Assembly: GCA_052327205.1 (NCBI GenBank) | Contig: CM126205.1 | Coordinates: forward strand, 245,892,001 to 245,956,000 | Direction of reading: 5' to 3' | DNA length: 64,000 bases | Source: Somniosus microcephalus | Lineage: Eukaryota | Part shown: positions 36,460 through 50,281 of the stretch, piece after piece | How the letters are laid out: each line of letters begins with the position of its first letter | How positions within the stretch are numbered: the stretch's first letter is position 1 | Notes under the pieces: model-generated | Told to the model about the DNA's origin: nothing | The model's input: the letters and a program-made list of their open reading frames with translations, nothing else | Databases searched by the model: none | Position numbers and translations under genes: made by a program

Positions 36460-38770
36460 ATGACAACAGAGAAGGTCATAGACTTAGGTAGCAGTGGGGA
36501 AATTAAAAACCAGAGCGTGTCAGGAAGGGGCAGAAGGTATGGAGTAAAAGGTAAAGTAATAAAAAGGGCAAAAGCAGGAACTAAGTGTCACAAAACATAT
36601 TTGAAAGTTCTCTATCTGAATGCACGTAGCATTCGTAACAAAATAGACGAGTTAATGGCACAAATAACTACATATGGGTATGATCTTGTGGCCATTACAG
36701 AAACATGGCTGCAGGGTGACAATGCCTGGGAATTAAACATACCAGGTTATTTAACAATCAGGAAGGACAGGCAGGAAGGAAGGGGAGGTGGGGTGGCTAT
36801 GTTAATAAAGGAAGGAATTACTGTAATACAGAGAAATGATATTGGGTCAAAAGATCAGGATAATGAAACAGTTTGGGTGGAGGTAAGGAATAATAAGGGG
36901 AAAAAAACACTAGTGGGCGTAGTCTATAGGCCTCCGAACAGTGGCAACTCTGTTGGACGGAGTATCAATCAGGAAATAGTTGAGGCTTGTAATAAGGGAA
37001 CATCTATAATTATGGGGGATTTTAACTATCATATTAATTGGACAAATCAAATTGGGCAGGGCTGCCTTGAGGATGAGTTCATTGAGTGTATTAGGGATGG
37101 GTTTCTTGAGCAGTATGTAACTGAACCGACCAGGGGGCAAGCAACCTTAGATCTGGTCCTGTGTAACGAGACAGGATTAATTAAAAATGTCCTAGTAAAG
37201 GATCCCCTTGGAATGAGTGACCATAACATGGTTGAATTCCATATTCAATTAGAGGGTGAGAAGGTTGGATCTCAAACAAGCGTGCTAAGCTTGAATAAAG
37301 GAGACTATGAAGGTATGAGAGCGGAATTGAGTAGAGTGGATTGGGAAAATAGATTTAAGGGTAAGACGATACATGATCAGTGGTGTACATTTAAGGAGTT
37401 ATTTTACAACTTCCAAAAAATATATATTCCACTGAGAAGAAAAGGGTGTAAAAGAAAAGACAGCCATCCATGGCTAAGTAAAGAAATTAAGGATAGTATT
37501 CGACTAAAAACAAGGGCATATAAGGCAGCCAAATCTAGTGGGAGGATAGAGGATTGGGAAAACTTTAAAAGACAGCAAAAAATAACGAAAAGATTGATTA
37601 AGAAAGGGAAGATAGATTATGAAAGTAAATTAGCAAAAAATATAAAAACAGATAGTAAGAGTTTTTATAGTTATATAAAAAGAAAAAGGTGGCTAAAGTA
37701 AATGTTGGTCCCTTAGAGGATGAGACCGGGAAATTAATGGTGGGAAATATGGAGATGGCAAAAACACTGAATGAATATTTTACATCAGTCTTTACAGTAG
37801 AAGACACTAAGAATATCCCAACACTGGACAAACAGGGGGCTATAGGGGGGGGGGAGGAGCTAAACACGATCAAAATCACTAAGGAAGTGGTACTCGGCAA
37901 AATAATGGGACTCAAGGTGGATAAATCACCTGGACCTGATGGCTTACATCCTAGGGTCTTGAGGGAAGTGGTGGTAGGGATTGTGGATGCATTGGTAATA
38001 ATTTTCCAAAACTCCCTGGACTCGGCAAAGGTCCCGGCAGACTGGAAAACTGCTAATGTAACACCCTTATTTAAAAAGGGCAGTAGACAGAAGGCTGGAA
38101 ACTATAGACCGGTTAACCAAACATCTGTGGTAGGTAAAATTTTGGAGTCCATTATTAAGGAGACAGTAAGAGGACATTTGGATAATCATAATTTAATAGG
38201 ACAAAGTCAGCATGGTTTTATGAAGGGGAAATCATGTTTGACAAATTTGCTGGAGTTCTTTGAGGAAGTAACGTATAGGGTGGATAAAAGGGAACCAGTG
38301 GACGTAGTGTATTTAGACTTCCAAAAGGCATTTGACAAGGTGCCACACAAAAGATTATTGCTTAAGATAAAAAATCACGGGATTGGGGGTAATATTCTGG
38401 CATGGATAGAGGATTGGCTATCTAACAGAAGGCAGAGAGTTGGGATAAATGGTTCATTCTCAGACTGGCAATCAGTAACTAGTGGTGTTCCGCAGGGGTC
38501 AGTGCTGGGTCCCCAACTCTTTACAATCTATATTAACGATTTGGAGGAGGGGACCGAGTGTAACATATCAAAGTTTGCAGATGATACTAAGATGGGAGGG
38601 AAAGTAGTGAGTGAGGAGGACATAAAAAACCTGCAAGGGGACATAGACAGGCTAAGTAAGTGGGCAAAGATTTGGCAGATGGAATACAATACTGGAAAGT
38701 GTCAGGTTATGCACTTTGGCAGGAAAAACCATAGAGCAAGTTATTATCTTAATGGCAAGAAACTGGAAAT
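36460..38770 (+). pseudogene. CR1 ORF2 (APE-RT), frameshift near 37690, interrupted by Gypsy B
   Basis: YLNARS, ITETW, GDFN and SDH; GVPQGSVLGP and FADD. Confidence 0.9.
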
Positions 38771-39357
38771 TGTAGTGTATGTGCCTTTAAGAGCCCCAGG
38801 TGTGCTGTAATGCCGGTAATGGCCACTCGGGCTATATAAGCCTGTATATTGTGTATATCCGTTAGAACCCCCCCCAGACTTTGCTTAGTAAACACCTATG
38901 AACCAACTCCTGTCTTCAGTGTCTTTATCAACACACGGACACTACAGTGGCGACGAAGTGGAAACGGACTTACCTGCAATTCAGCAGCACCTCAAGGACA
39001 TCGATTCCTCGGGCGTCCAGAAGACTCAAGAGAGTGAGAGAAGCTGTGGTTTCACCAGCTGGCCAAGCTGGTGGCAGGTACTGCGCTAATCCTTCCTGGG
39101 CGTCAGGCTGGGGCTCCAGCGGCTGGTTCTACAGCTGAGACAGGCAGCAAAATCGGAGGCAAGCAATAACGACTGGGAGGGAGCACTCGGGAGACGGCTG
39201 GCACGGCAGGCAGGTCAGCGTTCAGACCTGGAGAGAAAGTCCGGCGGGAATGAGTCTCCAATTGTAAATAAGTAAAAAAAAACAGAAACCGCGGGAAACA
39301 GCGTTGTCATCAGCAGCAGCGGCGGGAAAGCGCGGGAAGTGCCATATCTTTTCTGAA

Positions 39358-42300
39358 ATGCCTAAGTCTGGCAATATTGATGCTTTTGACAGCAAAATAG
39401 AGGATTGGACCACATACGTGGAAAGAGTAGAGGTATATTGCACTGCAAATGGAATAGAAGATGAAAAAAAAGCTTCAGTACTGCTGAACCTAATGGGCGC
39501 AAAGGCATACGGGCTGTTACAAAATTTAATCACTCCAGCCAAACCAAAGGACAAGAATTTTAAAGAAATTGTTGATACCCTGCAGGAACACTTAAACCCA
39601 ACACCGCTGCTGATAGCGGAACGATTCAAATTCTTCAAGAGAAATCAACACAAGAATGAAGATAACGCTGATTACCTAACCGAATTAAGAAAGCTATCAA
39701 AGTACTGTCAATTCGGTGCAGGACTAGCCGATTATCTCCGAGACAAATTCGTCTGCGGTCTATTAAGTGAAGGAACACAAAAAAAGCTGCTTTCTGAAAA
39801 AGATTTAACATTGGACAAAGCTTTCAGTATGGCTGTATCATACGAAGCAGCAGCAAGAGGAGCTGCAGAGATACAACAAAAGACACATGACTTCGGCACC
39901 CATGAAATGACACAGGGTTTCGAAAGATGTTATCGCTGCGGCAGATCCACCCATAACCAGAGGGACTGCTGGTTCAAGGACAAAGCATGCAGGCAATGCG
40001 GAAAGATTGGACACATTGCACGGGTATGCCGATCTGGACAAAATAAATCCACAGACAGAAAAAACAAATCAATAAAGGAAAGTACAGGAAGGTACAAATG
40101 ATGACGGACAGTAGCTCCGAAGACCAGAAGAGCGATAGCGACTCCGAAAACAAGAGACTAAGCTGTCTCAAATTACATAATGCACTTGCCAAAGATGATT
40201 ACCAAACCATTTGGGTTCCCCTCACGATAGCAGGGCCCCCTGTTAAAATGGAGCTAGATACAGGATCAGCTCTAACCGTAATAAATCGATGGGATTACGA
40301 GAGGCTATTTTCGCATATACCTCTAAAAGACACATCCATTATCTTAAAAACATATACGGGGCAGAAAGTATACCCCAAAGGAAAAATAAGGGTGCCTGTT
40401 GTATACAACGGCAAAGAAATACAAAAGTTGTATTTATACATTCTACAAGATGGTGGTCCACCGTTGTTGGGACGTTAATGGATCAGAAAGATACGTTTAG
40501 ACTGGCACTCCATTCAGGCACTGACGGTGACCAGTAAGAAAAAAAACAATGATGACATCATACCTGAACGATTAAAAGACATCTTGGCCAACGCCAAAGA
40601 AGTGTTTCAAGAGAAACTAGGAACCTTGAAAGGCATCACTGCCTCAATAAAAGTGGAAGATGCAGCAATTCCCAAATCTTTTAAGGCAAGACCGGTGCCA
40701 TACGCAATTCGTCCAGCAGTCGAGGCAGAGCTGGAGAATTTGGAAAAGGCAGGCGTATTATCCAAAATAGATTGGAGCGAGTGGGCAACACCCATCGTTC
40801 TAGTCATGAAAAAAGCATTGAATAATGATAAATCTGAAGAACAGAGAAAAATTCGCATCTGTGGAGACTTCAAGGTGACTGTAAACCCGATCCTTCACAC
40901 AGTACAGTATCCTCTTCCGAGGATAGAAGATATTTTCGCCTCACTATCCGGAGGAAAACGTTTCACAAAAATTGACTTGGCAGAGGCATATCTACAGATG
41001 GAGGTTGAGGAGGCCTCTAAAAAGTATCTCACGATAAACACACACAAAGGCCTGTACCAGTACAATCGACTGGTATTTGGAGTAGCATCAGCGCCAACTA
41101 TCTGGCAAAGAGCTATGGAGCAAGTCCTGCAAGGGATTCCGGGGACTCAATGCTACCTAGACGACATCCTTGTAACAGGAGAAAACGACAACGAGCACCT
41201 TGCCAATTTGGAGCAGGTGCTCACTAGGCTGAAAGAACGGGGCCTATGAGCAAATCGCCCCAAGTGCGAATTTTTCCAAAATCAGATATCATATTGTGGC
41301 CACATAATAATTAAGGAAGGGTTGCATAAGTCACCTGAAAAAATTGAAGCGGTCATAAAAGCCCCAGCACCTGAAAATGTTTCACAATTAAGGTCGTTCC
41401 TGGGATTAATAAATTACCATCATAAATTTTTGCCGAACTTATCAACTTTTCTACACCCTCTTAATGAACTTCTACAAACAGGAATGATTTGGAAATGGAA
41501 CGAAGACTGTAAACGTGCCTTCCATAAATGCAGACTTAATCACATCCGAAGAAGTTTTGGCTCATTACAACACATCACTGCCAATCAGACTGGCGTGCGA
41601 TGCATCCCCTTACGGCATAGGAGCAGTATTATCCCATAAATATCCTGATGGCTCAGAACGGCCGATAGCTTTTGCATCACGCTCATTAAACTCAGCTGAG
41701 CGTAACTATGCCCAAATCGACAGGGAAGCACTCAGGCTGGTATGGGGAGTGAAGAAATTCAATCATTACCTACATGGACAAAAATTTACCTTGTTGACTG
41801 ACCATCAACCCCTCATCTCCATATTCAACCCTAAAAAGGGTGTTCCCATTATGACAGCGCAAAGGCTACAGAGGTGGTCCCTTTTTCTAGGGGCACACCA
41901 ATACAACATAGAATACAAAGGATCAAAACAGCATGGGAATGCTGACGGTTTATCGCGCCTACCGTTGCCAGCGGTAGAAGAGGCACCTACAGTAGACCCA
42001 GTAGAGATGTTCCACTCTACCATAGTGGAATGTCTACCAGTAACAAATTCTGCCATTGAAAGGGAGACGAGAAATGACCCGACTCTCTCACGGGTCTACG
42101 ATTTAACAGTGAAGGGATGGCCAGCACATGGCGAACCACTGTTGCCAGCATTCTCGCAAAGAAGAGAACAGCTGTCAGTGTGCCGAGGAACCTTGATGTG
42201 TGGATCCAGAGTGGTGATTCCACCCAAACTCCAGGATAAAGTGCTAAAGGAGCTTCACGAGGGGCATCTGGGTGGAGTGAAAATGAAGAACCTAGCTAGG

Positions 42301-43300
42301 GCGTTTGTATAGTCGCCAGGTATCGATGGAGACATCGAAGAAATGACCAAGAGCTGCCTAGGATGCCAGAAGGTCCAAAACGCTCCACCACAAGCCCCTC
42401 TACATCCATGGGAGTGGCCCTCATCTCCCTGGCAAAGGGTGCACATCGACTTTGCTGGTCCATTTATGGACTCAATGTTCTTAATCGCGGTTGATGCACA
42501 CTCCAAGTGGCCGGAGGTAATAAAGATGTCCTCCACCAGCACGGAAAAAACCATCACAGTATTAAGGACCATATTTGCCAGGAATGGGCTGCCGGAACAG
42601 ATATGTTCTGATAATGGACCACAATTTGTGTCCGAAGAATTCAGAAAGTTCTTAAAAAACAATGGGGTTAAGCACTACACATCCGCCCCATACCATCCCG
42701 CCACCAATGGATTGGCTGAAAGGTTTGTCCAGACCTTCAAGAAGGCCATAAAGGCCATGGGTAATGAAGACATAAAACTTCAGCACAAGGTGGATAACTT
42801 CTTATTCGCATACAGGAATGCAACACATGGTTACCAACCAAACTCCCGCCATGATGTTCTTCAATAGAAACCTAAGATGCCGGCTGGATTTGGTCAAGCC
42901 CAACATCAGAAGGGATGTGGAGAACCGGCAGTTTCAAGGCATGAATGAAAGGCCAACTAGAACCTTCCAGATAGGTCAACAAGTTTTGGCCTGGGACTAC
43001 CGTACCGAGAAATGGCAGCCTGGAACTATCTGCACACGACTAGGACCACTGATGTATACCGTGGACATCGGAGAAAGCATAATAAGGTGCCATGCTGACC
43101 AAATCATAAAGTCATCCGAAAAGGGACAACCTACACCACAACTCTATACGTCTAACGATGAAGTAGAGATACCCATATCTACCTCCGATCCGGTGATACT
43201 GGAACCCGATGAACCCGACACTGGCATTCAAGCCGAATCAGCCTTGCCAAAAGAACCTACTACACCACCAGAAACTACTACACCCCCGAGGCGTTATCCG
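39358..43300 (+). pseudogene. Gypsy B gag-pol (several stops/frameshifts; last codons at 48122-48158)
   Basis: MPKSG gag start, zinc knuckles, LDTGS, YLDD, CDAS and integrase VHIDFAG...SDNG...AERFV. RRYP|DRVRKPPERL rejoins across Gypsy C. Confidence 0.9.
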
Positions 43301-46300
43301 TGTAATGATATCAGCAAATAGCGATGGTATTTGCCTGTTCGATTATGATGCCTTAATAGCATGATTGCATGTATTGATTGCTTATGCCTGACCAGCAGAG
43401 GGCATGTGACCGAGAGAAGCAAGGCAAGGAGTTTTTAGTTTCGGTTTCGTTCTAGATGCATCACAGCATCGTGTCTCCTGTAAAAGCTGTATGAAAGAGT
43501 GGAACAGACTTTAGATTAAAACTCATTCTCTTTCATAAATGTCTCATCATTGAACCCACAAAGAAATCAATACATGGTGTCAGAAGTGGCTGAAAGAGAT
43601 GAAGAGAAAAACTCTGAAGTTAAATCAGCTCTCCACAGATTAGCAAGCCAAAAGAGAACATCGTTGCTTACCATTAGAGAATAGCTAACGAAGTGAAAGA
43701 ATGAAAGGTTTACTCCCACCGGCGACGCTTCAATTGACAGGTAATGTGGCTGAAAATTGGAGGAGATTCAAACAACATGTGGGGTTGTATTTATCAGCAA
43801 TCGGAGCTGACGAGAAAAGTAATAAACAGAAATCGTCACTGTTCGTACATGTCGTGGGTGATGAAGCGCTGGAGGTGTATAATAACTTCACATTCGTTGC
43901 TAATGGAGACAAAATGAAACTAGATAAAATAATGGAAAAGTTTGAGGCTTACTGCATACCTAAACGTAACGTGACGTTTGAGAGGCACAGATTTTTCACA
44001 TGTGTACAGAAAATGGGTGAGACTATTGATCAGTATGTGACTGAACTGAGAAACAGAAGCAAATCGTGTGAATTTGGGGGACTGACAGACTCACTGATAA
44101 AAGACAGACTGGTGTGTGGTATTCCAGATAATGGTCTAAGGGAAAGACTGCTAAGAGAGCAAGATCTAGACCTGGGAAAAGCCATAGCACTGTGTAGGGC
44201 TACAGAGACTGTGAAGTTGCAGACAAAGGAGCTGTTCAGTGACAATAGCTGCAACATGGATGCAGTGAGAAAGAACGGATACAAACCGTTTAACAAAACG
44301 AGCGCCAATGTGAAAAAAGAGGCGTGGCCAGCGAACGAAGATGAAATGGAGAATCGAAAGTCATGTAGTCGATGCGGTACACAGCGTCCACCAAAAAAGT
44401 GTCCAGCATATGGTAAAAAATGCAATAGTTGCAACAAAAACAACCATTATGCCCGTTGCTGTAAGAACCAAGCGCAACAAAGCAAGGTCCATACAGTAGA
44501 TGAAAGCGACATAGAGGAGTTCAATGTAGATGTTGTGTCTGGAAACAAAAAAGAAGAAAGAGACTGGATGTTGACACTAAAAGTGAATGACATACACATT
44601 CCATTTAAATTGGATACTGGAGCACAAGTTAATGTGATATCAGAGACTGATTTTAAGAAAATTAGACCCAGACCAAAGATACATGGAATAAAAGTGAAAG
44701 TGACAGGATACTCAGGTACTGATATACCAGTGAAAGGAAGATGCATTGTCAAAGTAACACACAAGGACAGAGAGCACACGCTAGCATTAATCGTGGTGCC
44801 AAAGGATGTGCAAGCCATACTAGGTTTAAAAGCCTGTGAGAGACTGAACCTGGTAAAGAGAGTCCTCGTTGTGGAAAGCGAAGGAGAGACAGTCTATGAT
44901 GAACTCATGAAAGAGTACAACGACCTATTTAAGGGTCAAGGCTGCATTCCAGGAGAACACACGATCAGAGTAGATAAAAGTATGACACCGGTCATACATC
45001 CATGCAGAAAAGTTCCGTTTGCTCTTCAAAAGCAACTGAAGGCAGAGTTGGACAGGATGTAAAGCCTAAACGTGATTCAGAAGATAGATGAGCCAACTGA
45101 GTGGGTGAGTTCCCTCATCGTAGTGGACAAAAAGAATGGAAAGCTCAGAATTTGCCTGGATCCAAGAGATCTAAACAGAGCAATAAAGAGAGAGCACTTC
45201 AAGCTTCCTACACGTGAGGAAATCATGGCACAGTTTGCAAATGCAAAATATTTCAGCAAGTTAGATGCATCATCAGGATTTTGGCGGATGAAGCTGGACA
45301 AAGCAAGTTCAAGACTGTGCACGTTCAACAGTCCATTTGGCAGATAGAGATTCCTAAGGTTACCATTTGGCATTGCCTCAGCTCCTGAAGTGTATCACAA
45401 GACTATCCATATGATCTATGAGCACCTGGAGGGAGTTGATACATCAATGGATGACATCATAGTATGGGGAACCACGAGAACTGAGCATGACGAGAGACTG
45501 AAAAAAGTGCTGGAAGCAACAAGGAAAACAAACCTGAAGCTGAATAGAGAGAAATGCCAGCTCGGGGTGACAGAACTGACATTCGTGGGAGATATCCTTA
45601 GCAGTGAGGGCATCAGACCAGATCCCAGAAAGGTGTCCGCCATTGAGAATATGCCAAAGCCACAATGCAAAAAGGACGTGCAGAGGTTTAATGGAATGAT
45701 CAACTACATGGGGAAATTCATATCCAACCTCTCAGAAAAGATGGCGCCACTGAGAAGACTAACTGAAAAGAACATAGAATGGGAATGGAATCATGAGCAT
45801 GAGAAGTCATGGAGCGATCTAAAGAAACTGCTCACAGAGGAACCAGTTCTGAGGTTTTATGACCCAGCGAGGCCCATCAAGATATCATCAGATGCACCAC
45901 AGATTGGGCTCAGTGCCGTTCTTCTGCAACAATATGACTACTGGCAACCTATTGCATATGCATCGCGCTCAATGACAGACGCGGAGATGCGATATGCTCA
46001 AATAGAAAAGGAGCTGCTCAGCATCACATACGCCTGTGAAAGATTTCACCAGTTTGTGGCAGGACAAGCAATCAGTGTAGAGACTGACCATAAGCCCTTG
46101 ATTGCATTGTTCCAAAAGCCACTAAATAGCTGTCCGCTTAGAATACAAAGAATGATGATCAGGCTGCAACGCTATACACTGAATGTTGCGTACACACCGG
46201 GTAAGCTGATGTATACAGCAGACACGTTGTCCAGAGCTGTAGACCCAAGTGAGCCCGCAAACACCACAATGGATGACAAAGTGAACGCCTACGTGGACAT

Positions 46301-48116
46301 GATCACAAGTGCACTGCCCATAGCAGATGCAAAAATGGAGCTCATAAAGACTGAGACAAAGAAAGATGAAACAATGAGTCGACTGAGAAAAAGCATCTTG
46401 GATGGATGGCCCAACATGAAGCAAGACTGCTCACCTGACATGGCAGAGTACTGGAACTGCAGGGCGGAACTATCAGTGGTCGAAGACATCATCTACAAAG
46501 GAAGTAAAATAGTTATCCCAAAGAGTCTGAGAAGAGAGATGCTAAAAAAGATCCATGGAGGACATCTGGGAATCAAAAAGTGTAAGAAAAGAGCACGAGA
46601 CGTGATGTATTGGCCACGAATCAACCAAGATGTGACAAATGAGGTGTCAAACTGCACAATATGCCTGAAATATCGAGCAAGCAATCCAGTAGAACCACTA
46701 AAGCCACACCCAGCACCAGACAGACCTTACCAGAAGGTAGGCGCTGACCTATTCGTATGTCAAGGGAAGGACTATCTTGTAGTCACAGACTATTACTCCC
46801 TGTAATCTTGTAGTCACAGACTATTACTCCCTGTATCCAGAGGTTTGTAGACTGCACACCACCACTGCAGATGCTGTGATAACATGTATGAAAGCCACAT
46901 TCTCCAGACATGGCGTGGCAAGCGAGGTCTTCACAGACAATGGACCTCAGTTTTACAATGCAAGTTTCCGACACTTTGCCAAAGAGTGGGACTTTGTCCA
47001 CACAACGTCAAGTCCTCACTTTCCACAGTCCAATGGACTCGTGGAAAAATCGGTCCAGACAGTGAAAAGACTGATGTACAAGGCAAAAGACAGTGGAACT
47101 GACTTCTACCAGAGCATGCTTGTATACCGCACAACGCTGCTCGAGTGTGGTATGTCACCAGCCCAACTCCTGATGGGACGTCGGCTAAGGTCAAACCTAC
47201 CCATCCCGGAGAACCTCCTGAAAACAAAAGAGGGGGAGAAAGTGAGGAAGTTCAAAGAACAACAGAAAGAAAAGCAAAAGTACTACTATGACAGAGGAAC
47301 ACAAAACCTACCTGAACTCCACACTGGTGACCAAGTAAGGTTCAAAGACAAAACAAACACATGGACTCAGAAGGGAACTGTCCTGAGTGAAGTTCAACCA
47401 AGATCATACACCATTCAGACAGATGAGGGTGCTGTTCTGAGAAGAAATCGTCGAGATCTTCTCATGGGACCAGCCACAGCAGGTCAAGAGACTGATACTG
47501 TTGAACGACCTGATCACACAGCTGAGAACACATCATCTGAGGCAACAACTCAGATTCAAGGACAATCAATCAGAAAATCCTCAAGACATGTGAAGCCTCC
47601 TGAGAGACTCATTGAGCAAATTTAAGGACTATTGTTATAGAAGGAAGTAATGTTATCTTATTCTTTCTTCAAGTTCTAGTGTATTGACATATTTCATGTG
47701 AACACACAAAGCAAGGTTAAAAAACCTTGATCATGATAATGATAATGTAAGTTCATTAAGTGTTACAGTTAAAATGCAGATTAATACAAAGAAAACATGT
47801 TGTTAGTTAAAAGTAAAATACTTTTGCTTTAAGAAAAGGAGATGTAATGATATCAGCAAATAGAGATGGTATTTGCCTGTTCGATTATGATGCCTTAATA
47901 GCATGATTGCATGTATTGATTGCTTGTGCCTGACCAGCAGAGGGCATGTGACCGAGAGAAGCAAGGCAAGGAGTTTTTAGTTTCGGTTTCGTTCTAGATG
48001 CATCACAGCATCGTGTCTCCTGTAAAAGCTGTATGAAAGAGTGGAACAGACTTTAGATTAAAACTCATTCTCTTTCATAAATGTCTCATCATTGAACCCA
48101 CAAAGAAATCAATACA
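43301..48116 (+). mobile_element. Gypsy LTR retrotransposon C nested in the integrase tail of B
   Basis: 274-bp LTRs 43301-43574 and 47843-48116 with 2 differences; perfect TSD ATCCG. PBS TGGTGTCAGAAGTGG is complementary to tRNA-Leu(CAA); PPT AAGAAAAGGAGA. Confidence 0.95.
43701..47625 (+). pseudogene. Gypsy C gag-pol (stops at 45060 and 45345; 31-bp tandem duplication 46774-46835 frameshifts integrase)
   Basis: LDTGA protease, SMDD RT, RNase H, and integrase TDNG...NGLVEK. Confidence 0.9.
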
Positions 48117-49138
48117 ATCCGGACCGAGTCAGGAAGCCTCCTGAGAGACTGACTTATAATTAATTAACTACAGCAATGTGTATATTATTTTTCTTATAAC
48201 ATGTAGTTAATAATTACTTAAAATATGATGTACTGGTTAGCTAAAAGGGGAGGAATTGTAGTGTATGTGCCTTTAAGAGCCCCAGGTGTGCTGTAATGCC
48301 GGTAATGGCCACTCAGGCTATATAAGCCTGTATATTGTGTATATCCGTTAGAACCCCCCCCCCCAGACTTTGCTTAGTAAACACCTATGAACCAACTCCT
48401 GTCTTCAGTGTCTTTATCAACACATGGACACTACAGAAAGTACTGAAGTACAAAGGGATCTGGGGGTCCTGGTGCACGAAACTCAAAAGGTTTGTATGCA
48501 GGTGCAGCAAGTGATTAAGAAGGCCAATGGAATGTTGGCTTTCATTGCTAGGGGGATAGAATATAAAAATAGGGAGGTATTGCTTCAGTTGCACAAGGTA
48601 TTGGTGAGACCGCACCTGGAATACTGCGTACAGTTTTGGGCCTAGAAATTCAGTTGCGTTCGCCAGCCGTTAACGCCATAAGAGGGGTATATTTCCAGCG
48701 CGAGGCACTTAGCGCCCGGGCGCAGGCCGATCTGCGCCTTCGCCCAAATTCAGTAGACATTTAGCGCCGGCGCAAAGTGTTTGCGCCCGCTCAGCTGCGC
48801 GCGCAGCTTATGACGTCATTTCGTCGTGCAACGCTGTTTGTGCGCCCCAAACCGGAAATTCAGTGGCGCCCGCCCAATGTGGGCGTGGCGCTGTTAAGAA
48901 CTGTGAAGTGGAACGCAACAGAGGCCCTGTGGGCCTCGGGGAGCGCTAATTAAAGGGCACTTACACTGACCTATAAAGCCCAGCCATTTTGCTGCAATGA
49001 CTTTACTGCTTTGGATTTCTGGACAGAGACCAAGGAACAGAGCTTACTGATTTGGGACAACATAGGAGAGGTATTTTTGGCTTCTGGCCAGAGCTTTGAC
49101 ATTTGAATCATTGTGATTTCACTGTTTGCAAGTTTATT

Positions 49139-50281
49139 ATGGGGGCTGTATGGGGTTCCAACCCTCAGTTGCAGCATTATGTGCGAAGGGCTCGCAGACG
49201 CTGTGTGAGAGGGCCAGCCATGCCTAGACGCAGAGGGGCCATCAGGCGTCGGCAACGTAGGCCTTACCCACTCAGGCAATACCGGCAGCAGGTGTCCTAT
49301 CTCACCATGGCTGCGGCGCATTGTGTTAAGAGGCTGCGCTTCAGAAGGGAGGTGGTTGCAGAGATCTGTCAGCTGCTTCACAGAGATCTGCGTCCACAGC
49401 TGATGTGCAGGACGTCTCTCTCGGTGGAAGTGAAGGTCACGGTGGCTCTGAACTTTTATGCAAGCGGCTCCTTCCAAGCCGCTGCTGGGGACATAGCGAA
49501 CATCTCCCAGTTCGCCGCGCATCGCTGCATCCGGCAGGTCACCGATGCACTTTTCGCGAGGAGACACCAATTCATCTCCTTCCCCATGACCCTAGAGAGG
49601 CAGGAGCAGCGTGCAGTCGGATTTGGCAGGATCGCGGACTTCCCCATGGTGCAGGACGCCATTGACTGCACGCATGTGGCTATGCGGGCACCTATCGACA
49701 ATGCCGAGGATTACCGCAACCGGAAGGGCTACCATTCCCTCAATGTACAGCTGGTGTGTGACCACAGGCAGCGCATCCTAGCTGTCAATGCCCGCTTTCC
49801 AGGAAGCAGCCACGATGCATTTATCCTGCGCCAGACTACTGTGGCTGACATGTTCGAGGCACAGCCTCCACCAAGGGGATGGCTTATTGGGGACAAGGGC
49901 TACCCTTTGTGTACATGGCTCATGACCCCGCTCCGCGCGCCCAGGACCCCAGCGGAGGAGGCATACAACGAAAGCCATCAAGCCACAAGGAACATCATAG
50001 AGCAAACGATTGGCGTCCTCAAGCAACGGTTCCGCTGCCTGGATCGTTCCGGCGGATCTCTACAGTATTTGCCGGATAGAGTGTCCCAGTTCGTCGTCGT
50101 GTGCTGCATGCTGCACAACCTGGCTATCCGCAGGACTCAGGCACTGCCACCTGACGTTGCACCACCACCTCAGGAGGACGAGCAGGAGGACCATGAGGAG
50201 GAGAAGGAGGAGGAGGAGGAGGACCAGCCCAGGAGGGAGCCACAAGGTCCAAGGGCCGTCCGCCGGTGGCTTATTGAATGA
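49139..50281 (+). CDS. Harbinger DDE transposase (380 aa, HARBI1-like family)
   Basis: Uninterrupted ORF with AIDCTH, NRKGYHSLNVQ, PGSSHD, GDKGY and RNIIEQTIGVLKQRF. AATAAA follows at about 50404. Confidence 0.92.
   Translation: MGAVWGSNPQLQHYVRRARRRCVRGPAMPRRRGAIRRRQRRPYPLRQYRQQVSYLTMAAAHCVKRLRFRREVVAEICQLLHRDLRPQLMCRTSLSVEVKVTVALNFYASGSFQAAAGDIANISQFAAHRCIRQVTDALFARRHQFISFPMTLERQEQRAVGFGRIADFPMVQDAIDCTHVAMRAPIDNAEDYRNRKGYHSLNVQLVCDHRQRILAVNARFPGSSHDAFILRQTTVADMFEAQPPPRGWLIGDKGYPLCTWLMTPLRAPRTPAEEAYNESHQATRNIIEQTIGVLKQRFRCLDRSGGSLQYLPDRVSQFVVVCCMLHNLAIRRTQALPPDVAPPPQEDEQEDHEEEKEEEEEDQPRREPQGPRAVRRWLIE

Larger units (their letters stand above)
38771..48435 (+). mobile_element. Gypsy LTR retrotransposon B (same lineage as A), defective, with Gypsy C nested
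   Basis: LTRs 38771-38946 and 48257-48435 differ by two substitutions and a C-run length. TSD GAAAT/GAAAG, PBS TGGCGACGA, PPT 48243-48255. Confidence 0.93.

Noticed and set aside
46774-46835. 31-bp direct repeat in Gypsy C integrase as a functional signal
   Set aside because: A simple tandem duplication that breaks the frame, i.e. an inactivating lesion.
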